NCBI GenBank assembly: GCA_036003785.1
Contig: DASYSB010000047.1
Location: 18,800-82,799 of the forward strand
Direction: 5' to 3'
From: Nitrososphaera sp.
Lineage (GTDB): Archaea > Thermoproteota > Nitrososphaeria > Nitrososphaerales > Nitrososphaeraceae
Length of the DNA stretch: 64,000 nucleotides
Program-made: the position numbers and the translations under genes
Notes under the pieces: generated by a model
The model's database searches: none
What the model saw: only the letters and a program-made list of their open reading frames with translations
Told to the model about the DNA's origin: nothing
Shown here: positions 1 through 9,830 of the stretch, piece by piece
Numbering within the stretch: position 1 is the first letter of the stretch
Layout of the letters: every line of letters begins with the position of its first letter

Positions 1-459
1 GAAAAGACGCAGCGGGTTGTCAACGAACTTGTCAAAAAAACCAAGTCCACGTTTAAGGCAATAGAGATAGCCCAGCTGCAAGACGGCACATACGTGTTCC
101 AGCTCAGGCCGGAATACACTCCTCTTGTGAGAAAGTTCGCACAGCACCCGCTGATTGCATCGGCCGCGCTTAAGACGCTTTCTTATATCGCGTATGAGCA
201 ACCGGTGACCTCAAAGAGGCTTGTGCAGATTAGAGGTAGCCAGGTATATTCGCACGTCAAGATGCTAGAACAGTTGCAGTTCGTAGAGCACGAAAGTCTC
301 GGAAGACTCAAAGTATACCGAACGACTCCCAAGTTTCAGAACTATTTTGGCATAACGGACCTTAACGCGATGAAAAGCCAGCTGGTTGCAACCACCAACA
401 AACAGTCGCCGCCTTCACCGCGCGCTGCGAGCCTGCCTCAATCTCCAGAAAAGTCTTAA
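1..459 (+). CDS. scpB: Segregation and condensation protein B (5'-truncated by window edge)
   Basis: Frame is open from base 1 (EKTQRVVNELVKK...YVFQLRPEY). Contains TLSYIAYEQPVT...IRG...Y.TTPKFQNYFGI, typical of ScpB. Confidence 0.85.
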   Translation, partial: EKTQRVVNELVKKTKSTFKAIEIAQLQDGTYVFQLRPEYTPLVRKFAQHPLIASAALKTLSYIAYEQPVTSKRLVQIRGSQVYSHVKMLEQLQFVEHESLGRLKVYRTTPKFQNYFGITDLNAMKSQLVATTNKQSPPSPRAASLPQSPEKS

Positions 460-489
460 TTAGAGTGGGAAATTACCTACTGCACTGCT

Positions 490-891
490 ATGCGAAAATC
501 GATAGAGAACCTTGCAGGACGCAAGTCGACAGGCGGACGCAAGGTCGCCATGAGAGGAAGACGCAAGTTTGAGATTGACAGGTATCCAAATGAAGCCGTA
601 GTGGGCCCGACCCAGATTGTTGTAAGAAGGATAAGGGGCAACAATGTCAAGGCCGCATTCAAGACCGCCGAGTTTGCCAATGTTATCGACAAGGAAGCCA
701 ATAAGGTAACAAAGTCGAAGATCCTAAAAGTCACAAAGAACCCCGCAAACAGAGACTATGAAAGAAGGGGTGTCATAAGCAAGGGCGCCTTGATCGAGAC
801 CGAAAGCGGAACTGCAGTAGTAGTTTCCAGGCCTGGGCAAGACGCAGTAGTCAACGCAGTTCTGATAAAGACGCCACCAAAAACATCATAA
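490..891 (+). CDS. rps8e: 30S ribosomal protein S8e
   Basis: RKSTGGRK...RIRGNNVK...NPANRDYERRGVISKGALIETESGTAVVVSRPGQDAVVNAVL. Confidence 0.97.
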   Translation: MRKSIENLAGRKSTGGRKVAMRGRRKFEIDRYPNEAVVGPTQIVVRRIRGNNVKAAFKTAEFANVIDKEANKVTKSKILKVTKNPANRDYERRGVISKGALIETESGTAVVVSRPGQDAVVNAVLIKTPPKTS

Positions 892-952
892 TTGTTCATT
901 AACCTCACTTGATATTGTTTATAAAAGCCTCGAAATATACGGGCATTGAAAC

Positions 953-1273
953 TTGAAAGATTACGATCACGTTGTGCTCTGGCTCGACTACTTTAACAAG
1001 AATCTCAAGAGGCGTCAGGGCCGCAAGGTAAATCGGGACCAGGCAGTATTTGATCCGACAGTGCAGGAGCTCGCAGAAGCCGCTAAAGCCGCGGGATTCT
1101 TGTTCTCTGACCAGGAAGTGAATAACGGAGCGAGGTTCCCGAGAAGATCATTTGTCAAATCAGGCTATGTGATGCTTGCAAAAAAAGAAGGCATTAAGAA
1201 GTCGAAGGTAATTGATGAGGTGGCTGACAAGATGGTACAGAAAAGGAGCCGGCAAAAATCCGGCAAGAAATGA
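953..1273 (+). CDS. srp19: Signal recognition particle 19 kDa protein
   Basis: VLWLDYFNKNLKRRQGRKV...PTVQELAEAA...ARFPR; conserved position after rps8e. Confidence 0.9.
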   Translation: MKDYDHVVLWLDYFNKNLKRRQGRKVNRDQAVFDPTVQELAEAAKAAGFLFSDQEVNNGARFPRRSFVKSGYVMLAKKEGIKKSKVIDEVADKMVQKRSRQKSGKK

Positions 1274-1356
1274 AATTTTTAGATCGCGAGGAAGTTTCTA
1301 GACAATTGTACCTGAATCTTGTTAATCGAAATACAAATAATATTTGACAGAAGCGA

Positions 1357-1689
1357 ATGATAGCAAGTAGAACGCCTATGTCGCTTACCAACGTGGGGGA
1401 GATAGGGGAAATAATGCATCTGGCAAAAAGTGGAAGGTTGATAGTTAAACTCAGCGAGTCGAGCGCTAGTGTTCGTGCTGGCGAACTACTCGTTGACGAG
1501 TCGGGCAAAAGAGTCGGCAGGGTTATAGAATTGATTGGTCCAGTGAGCGCGCCGTACGCATCAGTCATACCGATGACTGATAGGACTAGCAGGCTTGTCG
1601 GGTCCAAGGTTTTCAGCGGAGGTTTCATTAAAACGTCTCGCAGTCAGGGCAAAGGCTCTGGTCGCTATAAGAGAAGGCAAAGACGATGA
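1357..1689 (+). CDS. gar1: Gar1/Naf1 family H/ACA RNP component
   Basis: GEIMHLAKSGRLIVK...LVDESGKRVGRVIELIGPVSAPYASV; directly upstream of tfb as in many archaea. Confidence 0.85.
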   Translation: MIASRTPMSLTNVGEIGEIMHLAKSGRLIVKLSESSASVRAGELLVDESGKRVGRVIELIGPVSAPYASVIPMTDRTSRLVGSKVFSGGFIKTSRSQGKGSGRYKRRQRR

Positions 1690-2708
1690 CATCTGCAGAA
1701 TACTACACGGAATGCTCCGAGTGCGGTGCAAACCTTATTCAGGATCATAGCAAGGGTGAATACATCTGCGAAAAATGTGGCTGTGTCGTAATGGACCAAG
1801 TCGAAGACTTTGGACGGGAGTCAAACTCTACAGATTTCGAAGAAAAGTCAAAGAATACTAGGGCAAGCGGGTCTACTAGTTTTGCCTTGCACGATTACGG
1901 ATTGAGAACAGAGATTGCCTACGGATCAAAGGATTATGCCGGCAAATCGATTGACTCCCAGATGGCTGAGACCATGAATAGCATTCGCAAGTGGCACATC
2001 CGAAGCAGGATAGTGTCGCCGCAAGAGCGACGTCTCTCAAACGTCCTAACAAAGATAAATGAGACGTGCGCGGTAATGTCGTTCCCAAAACTTCTCGTCG
2101 AGACATCAGCAGTGCTCTACCGCAACTTTGAGAGCAATTGCGAAGCAAAGGGCAAATCTATTGCCTGCATGGCCGCAGCGACTATCTACCTCGCGTGCAA
2201 AAAGTGCTCGGTGGTACGCTCGCTGGAAGAGATCGTGGCGGCAACTGGCATAACCGATCAGGACAGGTCAAGCGTCAAGCTGGCGTCAAAATACTACAGA
2301 ATGATGGTTATGGAGATGGGAGTGTTTACGGAACAGCCACCGGCGGCAGTTAGTGGCGCACCACAATCTACGCAGGTGCAGGCAATGACACTCGCCATCG
2401 ACCACTATATATCAAAACTGGTCAACATGTCCAAGATTGACACAAAGGTGGAAAGGCTAGCTGTAGAAATCGCGCATAAGACTGACGATCACCTGCTGGC
2501 GGATGGCAAGGCACCAAACGGCCTCGCCGCTGCATACATCTACATTGCTTCGATGCTTCTCGGTGTCAACATCCTTCAGCGCGATGTATCAAGTCTGTCC
2601 GGCGTCACCGAAGTGACCATAAGGAACAGGTGCAAGGACATACTCACAGGCTTCAAGATGGTAGTCACAGTAAGGCCGCAGCAGGTCAGACCCGGCTTTG
2701 CAGCATAA
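1686..2708 (+). CDS. tfb: Transcription initiation factor IIB
   Basis: N-terminal Zn ribbon CSECG...CEKCG, two cyclin repeats, GKAPNGLAAAYIY, VTEVTIRNR. Confidence 0.95.
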   Translation: MTSAEYYTECSECGANLIQDHSKGEYICEKCGCVVMDQVEDFGRESNSTDFEEKSKNTRASGSTSFALHDYGLRTEIAYGSKDYAGKSIDSQMAETMNSIRKWHIRSRIVSPQERRLSNVLTKINETCAVMSFPKLLVETSAVLYRNFESNCEAKGKSIACMAAATIYLACKKCSVVRSLEEIVAATGITDQDRSSVKLASKYYRMMVMEMGVFTEQPPAAVSGAPQSTQVQAMTLAIDHYISKLVNMSKIDTKVERLAVEIAHKTDDHLLADGKAPNGLAAAYIYIASMLLGVNILQRDVSSLSGVTEVTIRNRCKDILTGFKMVVTVRPQQVRPGFAA

Positions 2709-2743
2709 TTGTTTAAAAAGGAGAAAAACTATAAACTGACAAC

Positions 2744-2962
2744 ATGCTGTGTAGGGCCTGCGGGGCGGACATGATCGCAACCGAGTACTGTTCGTCTTGC
2801 AACGAAGCAGTGCTATGGAAATGCACTAGCTGCGAAAAGGAAAACGACAAGTCGGTGCATACTTATCATCCTCCACAAAGGCAAGAGTCCTCAAGGACGG
2901 TTTCTTTTGTTGGCACACTTGTCGGACTCGCTTCGGGCCTTTACACAATGGCACCGGTTTGA
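2744..2962 (+). CDS. Small Cys-rich zinc-finger protein
   Basis: Three CxxC pairs (CRAC, CSSC, CTSC) and a hydrophobic C-terminus. Confidence 0.6.
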   Translation: MLCRACGADMIATEYCSSCNEAVLWKCTSCEKENDKSVHTYHPPQRQESSRTVSFVGTLVGLASGLYTMAPV

Positions 2963-2965
2963 TCA

Positions 2966-3106
2966 CTAAAGTTTTTCTTCTCTTTTTCTTCTGATTCTTA
3001 GATATATCGCTGCACCAACAAGCACTGCAAGGCCGGCAATCAAAATGAGAAAGGTGGTTTCGTCCCTTACGCTTCCTTCAGGCAGGATTGCAAGAACGAA
3101 TAGCAC
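2966..3106 (-). CDS. 46-aa membrane microprotein (not in ORF track)
   Basis: Manual translation from GTG: MLFVLAILPEGSVRDETTFLILIAGLAVLVGAAIYLRIRRKREEKL. One TM helix plus a basic tail; TATAAA lies ~25 nt upstream on the minus strand. Confidence 0.5.
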   Translation of the reverse strand: MLFVLAILPEGSVRDETTFLILIAGLAVLVGAAIYLRIRRKREEKL

Positions 3107-3153
3107 ACCAGAGCAAAAGGCTTTTCTAGATTTATACCCTATCGTTTTTGTCC

Positions 3154-3327
3154 ATGGTTGAGTTGGAGTATGTCAACCCTCTTGCGGGGCTCGCGATGCT
3201 CGTCATCGGACTCTTTCTGATGGTGTTTGGATACTGGATCTATGGGATAACACCTGCTGCGGTTGGGCTCGTTCTCGTTATTTATTACCGCAAGTACCTG
3301 CTTCAAATAATGGGGACGGCGTATTAA
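3154..3327 (+). CDS. 57-aa two-TM microprotein (not in ORF track)
   Basis: Manual translation: MVELEYVNPLAGLAMLVIGLFLMVFGYWIYGITPAAVGLVLVIYYRKYLLQIMGTAY. TTTATA at 3131-3136. Confidence 0.6.
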   Translation: MVELEYVNPLAGLAMLVIGLFLMVFGYWIYGITPAAVGLVLVIYYRKYLLQIMGTAY

Positions 3328-4616
3328 CTAATCATCTTGATTGCTGTTGAAAGGACGTCTGCACCCATTAGAAGACCCAGCTTGCCGCGCTTGCCATAAT
3401 TTTCGGTGAACCTTGCACTTCCGTCCCGCTTAACCGTGCTCCCCGATACAAGAAGGGGGACCGGATCATCGCTATGTCCCTTTTTTACGCAGGGGGTAGA
3501 GTGATCTCCAGAAACAACTATTGCAGCGCCATTTCCCAACTCCTTCATGAGGGTGCCAAAAAAGCGCCTGTCAATATCTTCGATATTCTTTTTTTTGCCC
3601 CTAGCGTCGCCATCGTGGCCAAATTCGTCAGGGCCCTTGATGTGAACATAGACCGCGTTGACCGACTTTAGGCTCTGAGCGGCGACCCTCGCTTTTTCCT
3701 CATAATTGTTGATATCGCCGGCCTGAAACATCTTCATGCCCAGGACCTTGGAAATACCGATCTCGACTGGCATGTCTACTATGCAGCCGACGCTAATGCC
3801 GTGCTTTTTGTCTATAGGATTAACATTTGGGTACCTGTTGCCAGAATCGCGCGCAAGGATGCAATTCATGGGTTTTTTGCCTGCCGCAATTCTTGCCTTG
3901 TTCACTGGATGATCGCGCAACAGCTGGACTACCTGCGTGGTGAATTCGTTTAGCATTGTGGCTGCGGTCCTAGCCTGCACACTTTTTTCTTCCGCGACAG
4001 ATTTTTGGACAAACATGTCACCGGTTGTATCCTTGGCTATTCCCATTCCGTCAACCTTGTCATAGGCCGGATCGGTATTGGTAATCCTATCTGATAATTT
4101 CATTTTGGCATGCCTGAACCTAATTACGACGCGGTGAGCGACTGTGGGCTCTAGCACGACCGAAGCATCCTTGTCGGTGAACATTATTTTTTCGCTCAGT
4201 GTCTTGCAGACCGCCTTGGCCTCCTGGCTGCTGATACTCCTTCCCGCGCGCCTGTCCACAATTTTCAGCTTGTCATCGACTGTGGCAAAATTGCCGCGAA
4301 AAGCTAGGTCGCCATCACGGAAGTCAATGTTACTCCCAATTGACTCAATGACGCCCCTGCCGACATAACTTCCGTCCTTGAAACTGTATCCGAGCATGTT
4401 AAAAACAGCGATATCGGACTGGGGCGCAATGCCCTTGCCGACGCTGATGACCCTACCCATTGCGCCATTCCTTGCCAGCGCGTCGAGGTTGGGTGTATAT
4501 GCTGCCTCAAGTGGCGTCAAATCGTTCAACGAAGGGTGAGGCAGGTCGCCAATGCCATCAAGCAAAACATAGACTAGTCGGGTGCTCTTCATAGCGACGA
4601 AAGAACCTTTGGTCAA
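3324..4616 (-). CDS. apgM: 2,3-bisphosphoglycerate-independent phosphoglycerate mutase (archaeal type)
   Basis: LLDGIGD, PQSDIA, HIKGPDEFGHDGD, GDHSTP, HSDDPVP metal-binding motifs. True start is probably MKSTRLV (~4589). Confidence 0.95.
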   Translation of the reverse strand: MTKGSFVAMKSTRLVYVLLDGIGDLPHPSLNDLTPLEAAYTPNLDALARNGAMGRVISVGKGIAPQSDIAVFNMLGYSFKDGSYVGRGVIESIGSNIDFRDGDLAFRGNFATVDDKLKIVDRRAGRSISSQEAKAVCKTLSEKIMFTDKDASVVLEPTVAHRVVIRFRHAKMKLSDRITNTDPAYDKVDGMGIAKDTTGDMFVQKSVAEEKSVQARTAATMLNEFTTQVVQLLRDHPVNKARIAAGKKPMNCILARDSGNRYPNVNPIDKKHGISVGCIVDMPVEIGISKVLGMKMFQAGDINNYEEKARVAAQSLKSVNAVYVHIKGPDEFGHDGDARGKKKNIEDIDRRFFGTLMKELGNGAAIVVSGDHSTPCVKKGHSDDPVPLLVSGSTVKRDGSARFTENYGKRGKLGLLMGADVLSTAIKMIS

Positions 4617-4617
4617 T

Positions 4618-5001
4618 TTATTGTTTGTGAGACGGCTTTCGAGCAGTGGGTTTTGTCTTATAGTATGCGAAGTAGTTTCTCAAAGCTCTGGTATACGGCT
4701 CAACAATTTCAAACACCTCATTATCCTCTGCCTCTGTCAATTGGCGCCTGTACCTTTCAAGCACAAAGCCTTCGGCCAGTCCCTTGTAGTACCCTACTCT
4801 GTGGCCATAAAGAAAGTCATACGCATATTCGCACTTCCAGATGCGCTTTAAGTTTGGCACGCGCTTTTTTGGAACCTTTGGCGCCGCCAGATCATTTTCA
4901 ATGGTTGTTTCGATGGTGTTTTTGATGTCCTTGTCAAGGGTCATGTACTGCCGGCTGCAGCTCTGCGACAAAAAGTTACCCATAATAACAAGCATTACCA
5001 T
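4618..5001 (-). CDS. Hypothetical protein
   Basis: Protein-like composition with no recognised family; true start probably internal (MTLDKDIK). Confidence 0.6.
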   Translation of the reverse strand: MVMLVIMGNFLSQSCSRQYMTLDKDIKNTIETTIENDLAAPKVPKKRVPNLKRIWKCEYAYDFLYGHRVGYYKGLAEGFVLERYRRQLTEAEDNEVFEIVEPYTRALRNYFAYYKTKPTARKPSHKQ

Positions 5002-5011
5002 TTATCTATTG

Positions 5012-5149
5012 TTGGAGCAATGCATGTTTTGCCAGCGCATTGTAGTAGACGACAAGGGCGAAAAGACAGAAGACTTTGGGATGACAAATCAGGGCAAGCC
5101 AGTTTGCGCCCGGTGCATGAAAGCTCTAGAGTTTTCACTTGGCAATTGA
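5012..5149 (+). CDS. 45-aa zinc-finger microprotein
   Basis: TTG start: MEQCMFCQRIVVDDKGEKTEDFGMTNQGKPVCARCMKALEFSLGN (CxxC...CxxC). Confidence 0.6.
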   Translation: MEQCMFCQRIVVDDKGEKTEDFGMTNQGKPVCARCMKALEFSLGN

Positions 5150-5203
5150 ACTTACAGAACCTTTAATTAAAAGCAAATAGAGCCTTTTTTCAGGCTGAAA
5201 GAT

Positions 5204-6229
5204 TTGGCTGACCTGCGCAAAGACTATGTTCTTGACAAATTTGTTGTAGTCCCTGAAGCCAGCCAACATGCTGGCGACAAGCCTGAAGGCAGCAAGTGCC
5301 CATACTGCCCGGGCAACGAATCTATGACAGAGCCGGCGCTGCTTGCACTGGTTGTCCAGGACGGAATGCTCCAGCGCCTTTCAGACAGCGAGGATAGTGT
5401 CATCGAGGACTGGGCAGTGAGGGTCTTTCAGAGCGAGAATCCAGTAGTTACGACGAATACTGCGACGAGCTACAGCGAAAAGCCGCTTTACAGCGAGCCA
5501 GCATATGGCTACCACCAAATAGTCGTTGCGTCGCCGGACCACAAGCAGAGCCTCTCGCAAATGTCAGTCGAGCAATTGGGCAATGTCCTTGTGGTGGTTC
5601 AAGACCGTGTAAGGTGGCTCTACACTCAAAAGAGCGTGACCTACGTCTCGATCTATGTTAACAGCGGAGTGGGCGCAGGCGCGCAAGTGGCACATCCACA
5701 CATGCATATTGTTACTTTTTCGTCGATACCACCGGTAATAGAGCTCGAGGCTGAAGGGTCGCACAGGTTCATGAACGAAAACGGCAACTGTCCTGCCTGC
5801 AATATTATTGGAGTCGAATCAAGTGGGCCGCGCCAGATTCTGGCTACAGACAGTTTCCTCGCGTTCTGCCCTTGGGCGCCAACCTACCCATATGAATACT
5901 GGATATACCCAAAAAGGCACGTCACTTCATTTTCAAAAATAACCCAGAAGGAGATAAACGACCTTGCCCTTATCTTGAGGGCAACGCTTGGGGGAATGTC
6001 AAAGGCGCTCAAAGATGCGCCGTTTAACTTGGTCTTCCACCTGTCGCCGGAAAAAAAGAACAGCCGGCAGCTTCACTGGCACATTGAAGTGTATCCGCAG
6101 CTAAACACTTGGTCCGGGCTTGAGCGGGGATTTGGAGTATTTGTCAACAACATCAGGCCGGAAAAGTCAGCCGAAATACTAGGCTCAGCAAGCAGGAAAG
6201 AGCTGGCCAATCTTGTAGGCATAGTATGA
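5204..6229 (+). CDS. galT: GalT/HIT-superfamily nucleotidyltransferase (galactose-1-phosphate uridylyltransferase-like)
   Basis: CPYCPGNE, YGYHQIVVASPDH, GAQVAHPHMH, CPAC, WAPTYPYEYWIYPKRH, LHWHIEVYP. Confidence 0.82.
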   Translation: MADLRKDYVLDKFVVVPEASQHAGDKPEGSKCPYCPGNESMTEPALLALVVQDGMLQRLSDSEDSVIEDWAVRVFQSENPVVTTNTATSYSEKPLYSEPAYGYHQIVVASPDHKQSLSQMSVEQLGNVLVVVQDRVRWLYTQKSVTYVSIYVNSGVGAGAQVAHPHMHIVTFSSIPPVIELEAEGSHRFMNENGNCPACNIIGVESSGPRQILATDSFLAFCPWAPTYPYEYWIYPKRHVTSFSKITQKEINDLALILRATLGGMSKALKDAPFNLVFHLSPEKKNSRQLHWHIEVYPQLNTWSGLERGFGVFVNNIRPEKSAEILGSASRKELANLVGIV

Positions 6230-6333
6230 TAGCTTTGACGTAATCTGCTGAGAAAATGTTTAGAAACTAAACAATCAATATACTATCGACCAATACATTA
6301 AATTTATCTGTTCGTGTATGGAAATTACCACGT

Positions 6334-7860
6334 TTGGCATCTTCTGTTTGTGCTCCATTGGGGAGTCGCTTTAAAAATGAAATGCATACGGAACGACAGG
6401 ACATGTCAGCGCCCACCGCAATTTTATCTTTGAAATTGGCGATTTTTCTCGGGCTGATTGCTGCCTATGCATTGTACACTTGTGGATCATCAATACAAAG
6501 TGCATATGCAGATGGACTTTGGGCAGAGAATTTGCCTCCTACAACATTGCAAGGCAAGGAGGCCCAGCTTTTTGTTAGAATAAATCCACCTGTGTTGACG
6601 AGTGCAACACAGCAAGATGCTTTCATGCAATTCAGGCTATTTGATGCTAAAACTGGCGAGACCTTCAAGTGGACTACATATTACATAGAAGTAACAAAGG
6701 GAACTGCCTCAAGTGATCAGTCAATCGTTCATGACGCATTTCAAGCACCTGATGGCCTACTAACATTAAAAATACAGCCTAGCGGGGGACCCTTAACTAT
6801 TTTTGGAGATCAAGATCAATTCTTGAGCGCATGGGTGGCTGACCCCGGTGGAACAATAAATGTAAGGGGCCCTCTTTTGCTTGACGGAGGACTCTATCAT
6901 TTCCATATTGAGATTATTGGAATAGATCATCCTAGGGGTCTTCTTCAGAACGTTACCAAGTTTGACTCTTATCTTAGCGTAGGAGATTTCTCAAGTCAAG
7001 ATATCAAATATGAAGGCCAGAATTATAATACCACGATAATATCATATTATGACAAGATACAAGACTTCAAGTTCGATCCTGCAAAAAAGACGTTTGATTG
7101 GGAAATGCCTTTTGACTGGAATGTCAGTAGAATACAACAAAATAATATTTTTGTGCACGAAGAAGTCAGGATTCCAAAGTCGCTCAGGGGAATTGGCGAT
7201 TCACCCTACTATTTTGCGACTGCAAACGGCGATGTACTGACTGGAAGAAAACTCGCGATTGACTCATATTCATACGGCTCGGAGATGACCATCCACTATC
7301 TTCTGAATAAGAATGACATTTTGCGAATGGCTAGCAAAATCGGCGATTCGAAAATAATGACATTCTCACTCGCGCCAGCTTCTGAAGTTCCCGTCGAAAC
7401 GACGAGCGAAATGGTTACCGACACTGGAGGTTTAGGTGTGGGTGTAGAATGGTCGCCTAATCCGTTGAATGCTGACAGTGAATCAACAGTGAAGCTTCAC
7501 TTTTCAGATGCTTTCTCGGGTAGCCCGCTAAACACCGATATTCAGTACAGCGTAATGGTCCTTGACGATAGTGGCAAATCGATCTACACTAAGGATAATC
7601 TGACCGCAAAAGTTGGGACGGATACGCAGACAATTGATTTTCCGAGTAATAAGATATACAACTTTCAGGTAGCAGTGACCGGTTTAATGAAAGAAGGGCA
7701 GCAGGTAGACGAGACAAGGAATGGCGTCGCAAGGGGCATAGTGATCGTTCCAGAATTTCCGATGTCATCTGCAAGCACATTCCTGGTAATAGCAACAATT
7801 GTAGGGATACTTGTAATCCTGTTAAGAAGGTCTGCCTCAATTTATGGTAGGATCATGTGA
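6334..7860 (+). CDS. Surface protein with PEF/PEFG-CTERM-type sorting signal
   Basis: N-terminal hydrophobic signal; C-terminal IVIVPEFP followed by a TM helix and RR. Confidence 0.8.
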   Translation: MASSVCAPLGSRFKNEMHTERQDMSAPTAILSLKLAIFLGLIAAYALYTCGSSIQSAYADGLWAENLPPTTLQGKEAQLFVRINPPVLTSATQQDAFMQFRLFDAKTGETFKWTTYYIEVTKGTASSDQSIVHDAFQAPDGLLTLKIQPSGGPLTIFGDQDQFLSAWVADPGGTINVRGPLLLDGGLYHFHIEIIGIDHPRGLLQNVTKFDSYLSVGDFSSQDIKYEGQNYNTTIISYYDKIQDFKFDPAKKTFDWEMPFDWNVSRIQQNNIFVHEEVRIPKSLRGIGDSPYYFATANGDVLTGRKLAIDSYSYGSEMTIHYLLNKNDILRMASKIGDSKIMTFSLAPASEVPVETTSEMVTDTGGLGVGVEWSPNPLNADSESTVKLHFSDAFSGSPLNTDIQYSVMVLDDSGKSIYTKDNLTAKVGTDTQTIDFPSNKIYNFQVAVTGLMKEGQQVDETRNGVARGIVIVPEFPMSSASTFLVIATIVGILVILLRRSASIYGRIM

Positions 7861-7920
7861 TGGCAAAATAAAACTAAGGAATGATTTATTTACCAAACTG
7901 TAAATTAGAGTTCTGTACCA

Positions 7921-8376
7921 ATGAGGCTAAAGCTGGAGGACTGGACTGCGCTTGCATCCCTCGGGCTCTCTGCAATGTTTGTCGCCCTTTTACTCTCCTT
8001 TTATAACTTCTTGATTGGGCCGGAAGGCAAGGGCCCAGACCGCGTGGTTGATCCCGGAAGCCTCATACTCCAGCTTATCTTTATCTCGGCAGCGCCCAGT
8101 CTGGCGCTGGCTGGTTTTGTTTTTGGGTTGAACAAAACTTACGGCACCCGGTTTGGCGGCATGTTCTTGATAGTAGCAGGCATCGTAATGATAGCAGGCA
8201 TGGTCGCCGGAATCCCAATGTTGGCAAGAATCCAACACCAGTATATCATTGGCGTTGTAGGCGTGGCACCGTACTTTTTTATGGCAGCCGGTGCTGGCGT
8301 GGTTGCGGTTGGTGCATACCTGGTCGCCGCATCAAAAAGAAAGCCCATTAGAAGCGACTTGGATGACCTTCATTGA
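7921..8376 (+). CDS. Four-TM membrane protein
   Basis: Four hydrophobic segments; overlaps the wecB start. Confidence 0.75.
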   Translation: MRLKLEDWTALASLGLSAMFVALLLSFYNFLIGPEGKGPDRVVDPGSLILQLIFISAAPSLALAGFVFGLNKTYGTRFGGMFLIVAGIVMIAGMVAGIPMLARIQHQYIIGVVGVAPYFFMAAGAGVVAVGAYLVAASKRKPIRSDLDDLH

Positions 8377-9830
8377 ACGAAAATAGCGTCAGGGAAATTG
8401 ACGTATCGCGCAACCTGCTGCCTGTAAAGGTCTCAGAAAATCTGCAGTCAGTTTTTGCCAAGGCTCGCAAAGAGAATAGTCCGGTGCTTGCAATAGTGAC
8501 TGGCACCAAGCCTGATTTTTACAAGCAGGCACCGCTGGTCATAGAGGCGGCAAAAGAAAACCTGCCTGTTTTCGTAATAAACACAGGCCAACACTTTGAC
8601 GAAATCCTTGGGTTTGGCATAGAAGAATTTAATCTACAACAATTCGTTGGCTGCAACCTCCAGATTAGAGGCGATCTGATGGAAAAGGCAAGTGAAATGA
8701 TAATCAAATTCGGCTCATTTGGCCGGTACTGCAGGAAGCACTTTGGCACAGAATCGCTTCTTCCAATAGTCCATGGCGACACACTGGTTGCAGGCATTGC
8801 TCCACTTGCCTGGGTCTTTGGAATGGGCCAGAAGGTGGGCCAAAACGAGGCAGGTCTCCGTTCCATGAGCCCAGAAGCGATCAAGAAGTTGAAGGCTGGT
8901 AAAGATCCGACAAAATCAGAAGTCCGCAACTTCATCGGCAGCCAGTTTGACGGCAAGTGGTTCCTTGCAAGGGAAGAGCCTTTCCCGGAGCAGATCGATA
9001 CGTGGATATGTTCTGCCGGTACACAATTCTTTTTTGCACCCACGAAGCTCAACAAGGACAACCTCATAAGGGAAGGCTATCCTGAGAACTTTGTCCATGT
9101 AGTGGGTAACTCTGTCGTTGACGCCATACATCAGAAGAGGAAGGAAAAGTCAAGACAGAGCATATTTGATTTTTATCCGCAATTGGAAAAGGACGATTGG
9201 CTGAGGATGGACATTCACAGGCGCGAGAATCTGACGCAGAGGCGATTTACGTCAATAATCGGAGGACTTGTCGACTTGATAAAGAACACAGACAAAAAAG
9301 TAGTTCTGGTTATGCTAAATGCAACAGTTGCAGCGCTAAAGCAATACAACCTTGAGTCAAAATTGCAAAACCTTGCGAAGGAAAATCCTGATAAATTCTT
9401 GATGACACCGCTTTGGAAAGAGTATGCCAATGTTATTGAATTTCTTGACAGCGGCCGGTGCTGGGCTGAAATGACGGACTCGGGTTCGATGCAGGAAGAG
9501 TTACTTTATTTCCCTAAAGTTACATCGCTGACAGTCAGGCTCAACACCGACAGGCCTGAAACGATATTTGATGCCAAGAGCAACGTGCTGGTTCCGCCGC
9601 TCAGCCCCGGCTGGATAGCCTCAATTGTCAACGAGACGTACAACAGGAAAGAGGGCATAGGAATGAAGCTGCGGCGGAAAAAGCAGATCTACGGCAAGCC
9701 GGGACAGGTGTCAAAGAGCATAATCAAGATAATCAAGAAAGAGTTTGAAAACGGCGACGCCAACTTTTACCCCTGGCTACACCAGAGACTTGGGCTCTGG
9801 AAAGAAGGGCAAGGACTCGACTACATGTAG
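8373..9830 (+). CDS. wecB: UDP-N-acetylglucosamine 2-epimerase
   Basis: GTKPDFYK, NTGQH, VHGDT, EAGLRS, VGNSVVDA, HRREN, TDSGSMQEE. Confidence 0.9.
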   Translation: MNENSVREIDVSRNLLPVKVSENLQSVFAKARKENSPVLAIVTGTKPDFYKQAPLVIEAAKENLPVFVINTGQHFDEILGFGIEEFNLQQFVGCNLQIRGDLMEKASEMIIKFGSFGRYCRKHFGTESLLPIVHGDTLVAGIAPLAWVFGMGQKVGQNEAGLRSMSPEAIKKLKAGKDPTKSEVRNFIGSQFDGKWFLAREEPFPEQIDTWICSAGTQFFFAPTKLNKDNLIREGYPENFVHVVGNSVVDAIHQKRKEKSRQSIFDFYPQLEKDDWLRMDIHRRENLTQRRFTSIIGGLVDLIKNTDKKVVLVMLNATVAALKQYNLESKLQNLAKENPDKFLMTPLWKEYANVIEFLDSGRCWAEMTDSGSMQEELLYFPKVTSLTVRLNTDRPETIFDAKSNVLVPPLSPGWIASIVNETYNRKEGIGMKLRRKKQIYGKPGQVSKSIIKIIKKEFENGDANFYPWLHQRLGLWKEGQGLDYM

